From the NCBI GenBank assembly GCA_050248855.1, contig JBFWRP010000006.1, forward strand, positions 96,001-160,000: a DNA stretch of 64,000 bases. The letters run 5' to 3'. The stretch's first letter is position 1; the number at the start of each line of letters is the position of its first letter. Origin of the DNA: Planctomycetota bacterium. Its GTDB lineage: Bacteria; Planctomycetota; PLA2; JAEUHO01. The translations under genes were made by a program, and so were the position numbers. The notes under the pieces were generated by a model. That model was given only the letters and a program-made list of their open reading frames with translations. It ran no database searches and was not told where the DNA came from. Positions 52,042-61,929 of the stretch are shown here, piece after piece.

Positions 52042-53079
52042 CTACGGCGGATCGAGATCAGGCGGCAAGCGCCGCGCGATGCGCTGCGTGCGCGGGCACG
52101 GGCCATGGTCCTGGCGCAGGCGCAGCAGGCGGGCGGCCAGCTCGGGTCGTCCGACATCGAGGGCGAGGTCCGCGAGATCCAGCAGCGCCGAAGGCAACCG
52201 GTGCGTCTCGCCTTCACGGCTGGGCATGGCCCGTCGTACGGCCGCCGAGAGCAGCTCGAAGGCGTCGGCGCGGTCGCGCGGTGCCCCGACGCTGCCGAGT
52301 CCGAGCGAGACGTGCGCCGCCCGTTGGAGCCACGCGGCAAACGACCCGTCGTCGGCGGGCAGGTCCCTCGCCGCGGCCAGGGCATGCTCCGCCGCAGCGC
52401 GGGCCCAGCGCACACGCCGGACCTGTCGCGTTCGGTCCGTGGGCGCCGACGCAATCTCCTTCTCGGCGTCCTCCACCAGCCAACAGGCCACGAGGGCGTG
52501 GTGCTTGGCCGACGGGCGTACGAGCAGGTATGGCCCAGCGGCGCGCGCGTACGCGGGCAGACCTTCGGCGTTCGCCGGCGTCTTCTTGCCGCGCAGCAGC
52601 GTGACGGCGTTGAGGAACCCCTCGTCCAGGTAGGGGGCCTCGAAGCCGGCGCGCGCCGCGCGCGCCATCATGGCGATCGAGTCCTCGAGCCGATCCGCCT
52701 GCCGTAGGCACTCGGCGAGGTACGCGGCCGTGAGGGCGTCGGACGGATCGTCCGCGAGCGCACGCTCGAGCAGCGGGATGCCTTCCGCACCGCGGTTGGC
52801 CCGCAGGTAGCCCCAGCCGCGGCGCTGCAGCACGAGGGGGTGGTCCGCGCGCCCATCGGGCACCGTGCCCAGCCAGTCGGCGAAGGCTCCCTCGTCGGCG
52901 AAGTCCGCCGACGGACCGATCCGCTCCTGCAGCTTGTCGAGCGCACGCCCCACGTCCTCGGGGCGGTGGGCTTCGAGCAGCCTGCGGCGCAGGTCCGGTA
53001 GCGTCTCCTTGGCGTGGGCGACGGGTGCGAAGGCCAACGCCAGGGCGGCGGTCACCACGAGGCGCAACGCGGCGCTCAT
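52042..53079 (-). CDS. Secreted TPR-repeat hypothetical protein
   Basis: Signal peptide and TPR-like helices; ATGA overlap with the upstream gene. Confidence 0.7.
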   Translation of the reverse strand: MSAALRLVVTAALALAFAPVAHAKETLPDLRRRLLEAHRPEDVGRALDKLQERIGPSADFADEGAFADWLGTVPDGRADHPLVLQRRGWGYLRANRGAEGIPLLERALADDPSDALTAAYLAECLRQADRLEDSIAMMARAARAGFEAPYLDEGFLNAVTLLRGKKTPANAEGLPAYARAAGPYLLVRPSAKHHALVACWLVEDAEKEIASAPTDRTRQVRRVRWARAAAEHALAAARDLPADDGSFAAWLQRAAHVSLGLGSVGAPRDRADAFELLSAAVRRAMPSREGETHRLPSALLDLADLALDVGRPELAARLLRLRQDHGPCPRTQRIARRLPPDLDPP

Positions 53080-54554
53080 CGCGGGCCCTCCACGCGCACG
53101 GCCCGCTCGACCGCCTCGCGCCAGGCGTGCAGGCTGGTTCCCGGGTCCTCGCCCAGGAGGCCCACGGCCAGCTCGCGCACGTCGGGGCCCTCCACGGGAT
53201 CCACGATGGCCGCAAGCAGCGCCTGCACGACGGGCTCCGGGTCGGTCGGGGTGCGGGAGCCCACCAGCGCCAGGGCCGCCCGCGCCCGCAGGAACAGCCA
53301 CGGAGCCTTCGCAACGACGTCCTCGATGACCGCCTGCCTCGCGCGAACGGTCGCGTCCGGCATGCGCTCCAAGGCGTGCGCGAGGTCGAGGGGATCGTCG
53401 GCATCGAAGGCGGCGACATCCGCCGGCGCGTTCGTGGCAAGGCCCCCGATGCGCCGGGCCCGTGCGATGCGCGCGCGGCCCGCGTCGTCCAGCCCGGGCG
53501 CGTCTGCGAGCCCGCGCCTGTCACCCGCGAGCGCCAACGCCTCGATCGCGGCGGCGCGCGACTTGCCCTCCAAGCGCTCCAGCGGCGTCCGGTCCACGGG
53601 CAACGGGCCGGACCATGTCTCGAGCACGCGCGTACGCGTCTCCTCGTCGCTGCTGCGTGCAAGGGCGCGCGCGGCAGCGACCGCGCCGCGCTCCGGATCG
53701 ACGTGCAGCAAGGCCTCGACCCACGCCAGGGTCACCTCGGGCTCGTCGTCCGGCGCGAACACCGCATCCAGCGACGCCCACTCCATCACCGCGGCCTGCG
53801 AGGGTCGGGCCGCGACCAGCTGGCGGACCAGCCGTGCCCGCTCGTTGGCATCGCGTACGTCGTCGAGCACGCCGAGGATGCCGCCCACCGCCAATCCGTC
53901 CGTGGAGAGCGCCCAGTCGCGCACGGCCGAAGCGCGCTCGGGCGCCTCGAGGGCCAGCAGCTGACGCACCTTGTCCTCGCGCTGCAGCGAGGCTTGGCTG
54001 TAGGCCACCGCAGGCGCGATCCGGGACAACCAGGCCTCCAGGAGTGCGGGGCCGACCTCCCCGGTGAAGTACGGCTTGCGGTAGGCGAGCGTGCCGTCGG
54101 GCTCGACGATCACGTGCTGCGGGCTGATCGCTTCCTCCACGTAGCGCTCGACCACGTGGCGAAACGCGGCTTGGCACGTGCTGCTGGGCGTGCCGGGGAA
54201 GCGTGCGTTGGTCCCGTCGGCCCGCATGTGGTCGCCGGGGCTGCACGCGAAGCACACGTAACCGCGCGTGGCATCGCCCCAGGCGCGGCTGCGGTAGAGC
54301 TGGAACGCGAGCTGGTTGTTGGCCGACTCCTCGTCCAGCGCGTTGATGGCGAACAGGATCGGCCGCCCCTCCCGTCGGGCCCGTTCGAGGCCCGCGACGA
54401 GGTCCGACTCCCAGCGGATGCCTGCGTCCTCGGCGCCCTCGGCGCCAGCCCGCGACGGGGGGGGCGATCCCAGGCCCACGAGCAGCGCGACGGCTGCCAG
54501 GGCCCAAGGGGGGATGCGGCCCGCGGCGCGTTGGCGGGGGGATGTCGACGGCAT
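53076..54554 (-). CDS. Secreted protein with thioredoxin-like N-terminal domain and HEAT-like helical C-terminus
   Basis: IRW..DL..GL.RARREGRPIL and PQHVIVEPDG; canonical CxxC position not conserved. Confidence 0.65.
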   Translation of the reverse strand: MPSTSPRQRAAGRIPPWALAAVALLVGLGSPPPSRAGAEGAEDAGIRWESDLVAGLERARREGRPILFAINALDEESANNQLAFQLYRSRAWGDATRGYVCFACSPGDHMRADGTNARFPGTPSSTCQAAFRHVVERYVEEAISPQHVIVEPDGTLAYRKPYFTGEVGPALLEAWLSRIAPAVAYSQASLQREDKVRQLLALEAPERASAVRDWALSTDGLAVGGILGVLDDVRDANERARLVRQLVAARPSQAAVMEWASLDAVFAPDDEPEVTLAWVEALLHVDPERGAVAAARALARSSDEETRTRVLETWSGPLPVDRTPLERLEGKSRAAAIEALALAGDRRGLADAPGLDDAGRARIARARRIGGLATNAPADVAAFDADDPLDLAHALERMPDATVRARQAVIEDVVAKAPWLFLRARAALALVGSRTPTDPEPVVQALLAAIVDPVEGPDVRELAVGLLGEDPGTSLHAWREAVERAVRVEGPR

Positions 54555-54949
54555 GGGCGGCTCCAGGCGAGGGCGCATCCTAGCGGGTGCGGGCGGCCTG
54601 CCAGGAAGGACAAACAACCTGCTTACAGGGGATCGCGAGCACCGGAACCTTCCGTTCTCGTGAAGTCGCGGTGACGATCAGCCGCTCCAATACGGAAGGT
54701 GTCGCCTCGGGTCGCAAGGCCCGTCGCGATGGGGGCAGGACTACCGCGGGGAGCGCGGTGGCCCTGCGCCGTGGGCACCGCCCCTGGGGGGGCAGTGCCG
54801 TGAACGGACAGGGGTGTCCGATCCGGAGGGCGCCACGCCGACCAGCTTCCCGGCAGGGCAGCGCGTCGGCGTTCGCGAAGCAGGTTGGGCCATCCGCGGT
54901 GGCGCGTCGCTTCGAGCGGCGGCACGCGCGGATTGCGGGAGCAGGGACG

Positions 54950-55477
54950 ATGCGTACGTACGTGACCCTCGCGGTCCTCACGGCCGTCGGCGTGGCGGGG
55001 CTGGCCAGCAGTGGCTGTGCGGTCCGCCGCTCGACGAGCCCGCGCGCTGTGCAGGTTGCGGGTGTCCGGGGCATGCGCGCGGACTACCGCGCACCCGCCC
55101 CGGAGACGGTGCTGGGTGCCGTGGACGAGTCGCGCTGGATCGACGTGACCGGCCGCACCGCCAACGAACTTGCGACTCCGGGCATGGCCTCCGCGGTCGC
55201 GCCCGCGGTCGTGATGCCGGCTGCGGCCGTGGCGACGCCCGCCGTCGTCGCGCCGGCCGAGGGTGGTGACACGGACCTCGACCTGCTCGGTGCGCCACCC
55301 GCGCTGGCGCCCGTCCCGAGCGGCTCCACGAGCGAGGGCCTCGACATGGAGGCCCTGTGCCCCGGTGGCAAGTGCCTCGTGCCGCCGGTCCCGGGACAAG
55401 GCCCCGGCAGCAACATGTGCGTCGGCGGCAACTGTGCCGTCCCGCCGCCCCTTCCGCTCGAGAACGCCGACGCCTGA
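54950..55477 (+). CDS. Lipoprotein with twin C-terminal CxGGxC motifs
   Basis: Lipobox-like LASSGC; CPGGKC and CVGGNC. Confidence 0.65.
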   Translation: MRTYVTLAVLTAVGVAGLASSGCAVRRSTSPRAVQVAGVRGMRADYRAPAPETVLGAVDESRWIDVTGRTANELATPGMASAVAPAVVMPAAAVATPAVVAPAEGGDTDLDLLGAPPALAPVPSGSTSEGLDMEALCPGGKCLVPPVPGQGPGSNMCVGGNCAVPPPLPLENADA

Positions 55478-55541
55478 GCCGCGCCGCCGTGCGAACCGGC
55501 CCTCGCGCGCACGTTCGCGTGGGGCACGGACTTCGCGCGAC

Positions 55542-57008
55542 GTGCGATCGTCGGACGATGCGGTCGTGGCCGGCTGGCTGTCCGGCCTCGACCTGCCGCA
55601 CCTGCGTCGCAAGCTGCTGACCTGGTACGCGCGCCACCAGCGCGACCTACCGTGGCGCCGCACGCGGGACCCGTACGCGATCTGGGTCTCCGAGGTGATG
55701 CTGCAGCAGACGCGCGTGGAGACCGTGCGCGAGCGCTGGCCGCTGTTCCTCGCGCGCTTCCCCGACGTGGGATCGCTGGCCCGCGCGCGTGAGCAGAGCG
55801 TCCTCAAGGCCTGGGAGGGGCTCGGCTACTACCGCCGGGCGCGCGCACTTCGCGCCGCCGCGAGGGCGGTCGCCGCCGAGCACGGCGGTGCGCTGCCACG
55901 CACGTACGACGAGCTGCTCGCGCTACCGGGCTTCGGTCCCTACACGGCGGCTGCGGTCGCGAGCATCGCGCACGAGCGTCCGCACGCGGTCGTGGATGGC
56001 AACGTGGCGCGCGTCCTCGCGCGCCTCCTGGCGCTCGACGACGACCCGCGCACGAGCGCCGGGAAGCGCCGCTGGCAGCTGGTGGCCGATGCGCTGATGG
56101 CCCGGCGGCGGCCTGGTGACTGGAACCAGGCAGTGATGGAGCTCGGCGCCACGGTCTGCGTGCCGCGCACGCCGCGCTGCGACCTGTGCCCCTGGGGTCG
56201 CGTCTGCCGCGGGCGCCACATGGGCGACCCCGAGCGCTACCCGCGACGGGCCGCGCGGCGGGAGATCCCACACCACGACATCGCGGCCGGCCTGGTGTGG
56301 CGGAAGGGCGAGCTCCTGATCGCGCGCCGTCCCTCGGAAGGCCTGCTCGGCGGACTCTGGGAGTTCCCCGGCGGCAAGCGCCAACCCGGCGAGTCCCTGG
56401 AGGAAGCCGTCGTTCGCGAGCTCCGCGAGGAGACCGGACTCCGCGTGCGCGTCGAGGCCCCGTTCGTGTCGATCGACCATGCCTATTCCCACTTCCGGAT
56501 CACGCTGCACCTCTTCCACTGCCGCGTGGTGGGGGGGCGGGCCGCGCCGAAGGCCAGCGAGGAGCTGCGCTGGATCGTGCCCAGCGATTTGGACCGGCAC
56601 CCCTTCCCGCGCGCGAACCGCAAGGCCATCGACCAGCTGCTTGTCGAGGGCCCTCCGCGCTGGGCTGGCCAACGGGTGCCCCCCGGCGCGGTCGATCCAC
56701 TACACTCCGGCGCCGACGCCTTGCGGCGCGCCCCAGGAGACGAGATGGCCGAGTCCCGCACCCTCGAGATCGACATTCCCGAAGGCGCCGACGTGCGGCG
56801 CCTGCTGGCGGCTGCGAAGGCCAAGGCCGCCGGTGTCGGCATCACGCTCGACGGCGATGCCGACCAGGGCCGCTTCGAAGGCATCGCCGCCGGCTCCTGG
56901 GCCGTGAGCGACGGCAAGCTGGTCGTGACCGTCGAGAAGAAGCCGGCCTTCGCGCCCTGGCCCATGGTGATGTCGCAGCTGGAGAAGGCGTTCCGCCAAG
57001 GAATCTGA
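55542..57008 (+). CDS. mutY: A/G-specific adenine glycosylase with intact Nudix (MutT-type) domain, reading in frame into an extra 87-aa domain
   Basis: RDLPWR, VSEVMLQQT, WEGLGYY, LPGFGPYTA, VDGNV and the Fe-S motif C..RTPRCDLCP..C; Nudix box GGKRQPGESLEEAVVRELREETGL; second in-frame ATG at 56745 with AGGAG RBS. Confidence 0.92.
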   Translation: MRSSDDAVVAGWLSGLDLPHLRRKLLTWYARHQRDLPWRRTRDPYAIWVSEVMLQQTRVETVRERWPLFLARFPDVGSLARAREQSVLKAWEGLGYYRRARALRAAARAVAAEHGGALPRTYDELLALPGFGPYTAAAVASIAHERPHAVVDGNVARVLARLLALDDDPRTSAGKRRWQLVADALMARRRPGDWNQAVMELGATVCVPRTPRCDLCPWGRVCRGRHMGDPERYPRRAARREIPHHDIAAGLVWRKGELLIARRPSEGLLGGLWEFPGGKRQPGESLEEAVVRELREETGLRVRVEAPFVSIDHAYSHFRITLHLFHCRVVGGRAAPKASEELRWIVPSDLDRHPFPRANRKAIDQLLVEGPPRWAGQRVPPGAVDPLHSGADALRRAPGDEMAESRTLEIDIPEGADVRRLLAAAKAKAAGVGITLDGDADQGRFEGIAAGSWAVSDGKLVVTVEKKPAFAPWPMVMSQLEKAFRQGI

Positions 57009-57115
57009 CTGCACGCAGGGAGCTGCACCCGTGCCTGCGAACGAGGCGACCGTCGCGCGGGGTCGCATGCCGACGTGCGGCGCCGCGCGCCAGCGATCCA
57101 TGCAGCAGCCCGCGG

Positions 57116-57391
57116 CTACTTCCCCAACCGTTCGGCCTTGCGCTCCAGACGACGGATCTCGGCGTCGGCCTCGTCCTCGCGGGGCGGGCCGGCGCTGGCC
57201 TTGCCCTCGGCGCGAGCACGCTCCTCGGCCTCCGTGGCTACGTGGTCGGCCAAGATCTCGACGACGCGCGCGAGGATGGCGTTGGAGCGGAAGAGGTAGC
57301 GGAACGTGACGCCCATGCCGCCCCGGCGTAGGTCGTTGCGGACCTCCCGGGTCAGGTTGGCGAGCCGGCGCAGGGATTCGGGACTGGGCAT
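57116..57391 (-). CDS. Small hypothetical protein
   Basis: 91-aa ORF with coding-like codons and a TAGACT box 6 nt before ATG. Confidence 0.6.
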   Translation of the reverse strand: MPSPESLRRLANLTREVRNDLRRGGMGVTFRYLFRSNAILARVVEILADHVATEAEERARAEGKASAGPPREDEADAEIRRLERKAERLGK

Positions 57392-57400
57392 TGCACCAGT

Positions 57401-57847
57401 CTAGCCCCCTGCCCCCCCGTAGGGCCGCGCACGGGCGAGCGCCCGGCGGGCCGCGGCGCGGGCCGCTCGGCCCCTCGGGTCGTCGTCGTTCGCAAGGCGC
57501 AGGAGGGCCTGCAGGACGACCGTGGAGGCGGAGCCCGTCGCCTCCACGACGCGCTCCACGGCCGTCGCGGCCCAGAAGCGCACGGGTACGACCCGGTCGT
57601 CCAGGGCCGCGGCGAGCGCATCGAGGTGCTCGTGCGCGTGCGCGCCGTGGCGACCCAAGGCGTCAAGCGACATGGAACGGACCATGGGATCCGGGTCGTC
57701 GGTCCCGCGCGCCAAGGCCGCAAGGACGTGGGCCGGCGGGTCGATCATGTGGCCGAACAGCTTGGCAGCGCGCGCCCGCACCACGGGGTCCTCGTGCTCG
57801 AGCGCGGTCAGCAGCTCGTCGACATCGCGGACGCCCTCAGCGTCCAT
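57401..57847 (-). CDS. HEAT-repeat protein
   Basis: DPVVRARAA, DPMVRSMS and VRFWAA repeats. Confidence 0.75.
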   Translation of the reverse strand: MDAEGVRDVDELLTALEHEDPVVRARAAKLFGHMIDPPAHVLAALARGTDDPDPMVRSMSLDALGRHGAHAHEHLDALAAALDDRVVPVRFWAATAVERVVEATGSASTVVLQALLRLANDDDPRGRAARAAARRALARARPYGGAGG

Positions 57848-59267
57848 CGTCGTCCACCGGGTCCGACGCCGCGGGTGCCGGCGCGGGCGGGCCGCGCAAG
57901 GCGCCCGGCATGGCAGCGCCCGCCGTGTCCGCCGCCTCGGCCTCCGCGCGTTCGTCGCCATGACGCTCGAGCCACGCCTCGGCCGCCTCGCGTGTCGCGG
58001 CCTGGGTCGACGTGCGCCAACGCTCGATGTCGGGCCGCAAGGCAACGCGAGCCGGACGCGCCAGTGTGTCGGCGCCCAAGATCGCCGCGAGAGCACGCTC
58101 GCCGTCCTCGCCCTGGAGGGCCGCCCGGAGCAACGGCTCGGCGGCGGCGCTGACCTCGGGGAACACACCCAGGGCCAGCAGGGCATCCGCATCGGGCGGG
58201 TCCGTGGCGCGAGCGATCTCCAACACGCGCTCGGCCCAGCCTTCCCTGTGGTCCGCGACCTCGACCGGCGTCCACCAGGCCTCACCGCGCTGGCGCGCGT
58301 GGTCGAGCAGGCTCGCCAGCGCGACGATGGCGCGCAGCTGCGCGCGCGGCGATCCGTGGACCAATACGGCGTCCAGAGCGGTCCGGATCGGCTCGTCCGT
58401 CTTGCGCCAAGATGCGAGCAGGCCGGGCAGCCGCTCGGCGAGCAGGCTGTCGGGCGCTGCGTGGAGCAGCCCGGCCAGCGGGAGCGCCTGATCCTCGGAG
58501 TCCTGTCCGAGCGCTGCGAGGAGCCATGCGACGACGGGCTCCTCCGCTTCCACGCGCAGCCGGTCCACGAGCGCCGAGCGCAGCGCGGGCGTCGCCAAGC
58601 CCATGGTGATCCGGGTCCCCGCGAGCTTGGCGGCCTCGGCACGTACGTCCATCGAGGGGTCCGCCAGGAAGCGGACCACCGTCGCCTCGGCGAGCGCATC
58701 CTCGCGTTGCGCTCCCGTGAGCATCGCCCGCCGGCGCACCAACGGCCGCTCATCCCGGGCGATGCGATCGATCACGCGCTGCGCCGCCTCGGGAGACTGC
58801 GCACCGAGCAGCTCGGCCGCGCGCGACGCGGCCATCACGTTGGTGCCTCCGAGGATCGCGGCCACACGTTCGAGGGCTGCGTCATCGAGCGTGAGGCCCG
58901 CCAGCACGCGCTGCGCTTCGACGCGCGCGACCTCGTCACGGCCGTCGAGCACGTCCAGCAGGGCCGAAACCCCTTCGGTGCCGATCGCACCGAGTCCCTG
59001 CGCCGCGTAGAACCGGCCGTCCAGCTTCTCGGGGGCCTGGACCTCGAAGGGCGTGCCGTCGGCGGGGGCCGGCTCGTCACGGAGCAGTCGGCGCCGCAGG
59101 GGAGCAATGCCCTCCTCACCGAGCGCGGCCAAGCCCATGGCCGCCTCGAGGCGCTCCTCGTGCGTGCCGCGATCAAGGCCTGCGACGAGGGCATCGACGT
59201 CCGGTCGCCCCTCGCCACAGGCGACCAGGAGAAGCAACGCGAGCGGGAGGATCACGATCGAGCGCAT
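57837..59267 (-). CDS. HEAT-repeat lipoprotein
   Basis: Lipobox LLVAC; helical repeats. Confidence 0.75.
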   Translation of the reverse strand: MRSIVILPLALLLLVACGEGRPDVDALVAGLDRGTHEERLEAAMGLAALGEEGIAPLRRRLLRDEPAPADGTPFEVQAPEKLDGRFYAAQGLGAIGTEGVSALLDVLDGRDEVARVEAQRVLAGLTLDDAALERVAAILGGTNVMAASRAAELLGAQSPEAAQRVIDRIARDERPLVRRRAMLTGAQREDALAEATVVRFLADPSMDVRAEAAKLAGTRITMGLATPALRSALVDRLRVEAEEPVVAWLLAALGQDSEDQALPLAGLLHAAPDSLLAERLPGLLASWRKTDEPIRTALDAVLVHGSPRAQLRAIVALASLLDHARQRGEAWWTPVEVADHREGWAERVLEIARATDPPDADALLALGVFPEVSAAAEPLLRAALQGEDGERALAAILGADTLARPARVALRPDIERWRTSTQAATREAAEAWLERHGDERAEAEAADTAGAAMPGALRGPPAPAPAASDPVDDDGR

Positions 59268-59336
59268 GGGGCCATCATCGTGCCCGGCCCGGGTACGGGG
59301 TCGAGCCAGGGCCCGGATGCACCGCGAGGAGGTTCC

Positions 59337-60596
59337 ATGGGCGAGGCGCCTGAGGTCGTCACCGGAGGCCCGCGGCCGTCCGGGCCGTTGGCGGGCATCC
59401 GCGTCGTGGAGCTGGGGCAGATCCTGGCCGGGCCCCTGGCCACGGCGATCCTCGGCTGGCTGGGGGCCGAAGTCATCAAGGTCGAGGATCCCCGGCACGG
59501 AGATCCGATGCGCACGTGGCGCGTCCTCGACGACGGCACGTCGCTCTGGTGGCGCGGGGTGGCACGCGGCAAGCACCTCGTGGCCATCGACCTGCGGCAG
59601 CCCGAGGGCCAGGCCCTCGTGCGGCGCCTCGTGCTGCAGGCCGACGTGCTCGTGGAGAACTTCCGTCCGGGCACGCTCGAGAGCTGGGGCTTGGACCCGG
59701 AGGCCCTGCGACGCGAACGGCCGGGGTTGGTCGTGGCGCGCATCTCGGGTTACGGGCAGACCGGGCCCTACCGCGATCGGCGCGGGTTCGCGTCCGTGTG
59801 CGAGGCGTTCGGCGGTCTGCGGCACATCACGGGGGAACCCGGTCGCGTGCCCGTGCGCTCCAACGCCAGCCTCGGCGACAGCTTGGCCGCGTTCCAGACG
59901 GTGATCGGCGTGTTGGCGTCGCTGGTGCGCCGCGAGCGACAACCCGGGCATCGTGGCGATCTCGTGGACGTGGCCATCTACGAGGCGGTGCTCGGTGTGC
60001 TGGAGGGGGCGCTCACGGAGTGCGATCGCCTGGGGGTCGTGCGCGAGCCCTCCGGGACCACCATCACGGGCGTGGTGCCGACGGATGCGTACCCGACGGC
60101 CGACGGCCGTCGGATCGTCGTGGGGGCCAACGCCGATCCGGTGTTCCGGCGCCTCATGCGCGTCGCGGGCCGTGACGATCTCGCCGACGACGCGCGGCTC
60201 CACGACAACGCGGGACGCGTGGCGCATCAACAGGAGGTGGACGCTGCCATCGCGGCGTGGACGTCCACGTTGCCGGCCGAGGACGTGATCGAGCGCTTGG
60301 TGCGAGCCGGCGTGCCGGCGAGCGCGATCCACACGGCCGCCGACGTGCTGGCGGACCCGCACGTCGAGGCGCGCGGCGTGATGGAGAGGGTGGACCTGGA
60401 GGGACAGCCCCTGCGGCTGCCGGTGCTGGGTCCGTTCCTGCGGGAGGCGCCCGGCCGCACCACGTGGCCCGGAGGCGAGCTGGGAGCCCATACGGACGAG
60501 GTACTGGTCACGCGCCTGGGCGTGGATCGCGAGACCTTGGACCACTTGCACGCTTGCGGCGTCGTCGCGGGTCCCCGAGCCGCCCGCATTAGGTGA
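59337..60596 (+). CDS. Family III CoA-transferase (CaiB/BaiF)
   Basis: GPLAGIRVVELG, LGAEVIKVE, ENFRPG, SGYGQTGP and LGAHTDEVL motifs; GAGGAGG RBS. Confidence 0.93.
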   Translation: MGEAPEVVTGGPRPSGPLAGIRVVELGQILAGPLATAILGWLGAEVIKVEDPRHGDPMRTWRVLDDGTSLWWRGVARGKHLVAIDLRQPEGQALVRRLVLQADVLVENFRPGTLESWGLDPEALRRERPGLVVARISGYGQTGPYRDRRGFASVCEAFGGLRHITGEPGRVPVRSNASLGDSLAAFQTVIGVLASLVRRERQPGHRGDLVDVAIYEAVLGVLEGALTECDRLGVVREPSGTTITGVVPTDAYPTADGRRIVVGANADPVFRRLMRVAGRDDLADDARLHDNAGRVAHQQEVDAAIAAWTSTLPAEDVIERLVRAGVPASAIHTAADVLADPHVEARGVMERVDLEGQPLRLPVLGPFLREAPGRTTWPGGELGAHTDEVLVTRLGVDRETLDHLHACGVVAGPRAARIR

Positions 60597-60916
60597 TCCG
60601 CGCCCCCCTTGCGAGCTCCGTGGGCTCCGAGGCCGGCCATCGTGACGCTCCGACCACGTCTTCGTGACCGTCGGGGCGTTCGTCGCGAGGCAGGGGTCGT
60701 GTTGGCGCTCTCTTGCAGCAGCATGAAGACAGGACGCAGGCCCCGGACCCGTTGCACGCAAGCTGCGAACGAGCCCTGGTGCGTGCGTTACCAACATGCG
60801 CGAGGGTCCTCGGGCACCTGCCTTCCCCACATTGGGACGGCATGGCCTCCCTTCCGTGAACCATCCCAAGCACTCACGGGTGCCGAGGACGTCCGAGGCC
60901 CTCCTCTTTCTCCCCC

Positions 60917-61647
60917 TCCGCGCGCGTCTCGTGCGAACCCGGATGTGTCAGAACCCTTGCCGCGGAGCCCCGGAGGGGCGACGTGGGCAAGGTGTCTGCA
61001 ATGGAAGGTGCCTGAACTCCGGGCTCGGACAGGACAGCCACGCTTCCATGGGAGGGGGTGCCGCGCGCATCGAGACGCGGTACGGAGGCGGGGATTTCTT
61101 CCGCAACTTGCCGCCCTGCGCTTCGGCATGCGGAAGTGCCCATCGGCAAGTTGCGGAAGAATTCCCCGCCTCCGTACGGGCTTTGCCGTCGGCATGAAGA
61201 ACTGACACGGAGGGGTCGCGGTTCGCCTGCCGGCGAACGACGCACTTCGGTGTCTGGTCGCGCCACGCTCGCTCCCGCGCGGACTCGGCGCTTGGGCTAC
61301 GCCCTCGCGGCAGGAGGGCTGTTCCGTACCCCTCCTGCACCTCTCACGGTGCTCCGAGGCACAGGTTCGGACACCTCCGCGCGTCTCGCGCGAACCCGGA
61401 TGTGTCAGAACCCTTGCCGCGGAGCCCCGGAGGGGCGACGTGGGCAAGGTGTCTGACACGGAGGGGTCGCGGTTCGCCTGCCGGCGAACGACGCACTTCG
61501 GTGTCTGGTCGCGCCACGCTCGTTCCGCGCTCCCGCGCGGACTCGGCGCTCGGGCTACGCCCTCGCGGCAGGAGGGCTATTCCGTACCCCTCCTGCACCT
61601 CTCACGGTGCTCCGAGGCACAGGTTCAGACACCTCCGCGCGTCTCGC
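60917..61647 (-). repeat. Structured repeat family A, two tandem units (period ~258 bp), one interrupted by an insertion
   Basis: Reverse-complement homology to the 37463 unit; cores at 61390-61608 and at 60933-60998 plus 61202-61350. Confidence 0.9.
61074..61193. repeat. Palindromic element family B, copy 2, nested in family A
   Basis: Inverted repeat starting at 61080 (GTACGGAGGCGGGG) and ending at 61177; matches 5566-5686. Confidence 0.85.
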
Positions 61648-61929
61648 TCCCCCAACTCCAGTCGGGGGTAGGCGCCGTGTCGACCGTGACGGGGACCGCT
61701 CTGCCTATCGCAGAGAATTGGTCGGGGTGGGGGGATTCGAACCCCCGCTGCGCGCTACGCGCTTGCGGGATCCCGCCGTGCCTGCTGGGGGGCTGACGCA
61801 GCCCCCCGCGCGGCGCTCTCGCGCCTTGCTCCCCCAACTCCAGTCGGGGGTTGGCCCCAACGGGTCCGACGCGGGGACCGCTCTGCCTATCGCAGAGAAT
61901 TGGTCGGGGTGGGGGGATTCGAACCCCCG
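61646..61929 (-). repeat. tRNA-Pro-linked direct repeat (3' 29 nt of the tRNA plus trailer, duplicated at 182-bp offset)
   Basis: 61646-61747 and 61828-61929 are identical except for a 20-nt internal segment. Confidence 0.9.

Noticed and set aside
61646..61929. CRISPR array or prophage attachment with cargo
   Set aside because: There are only two units, the repeat is about 100 bp, and no cas or integrase genes are in the window.
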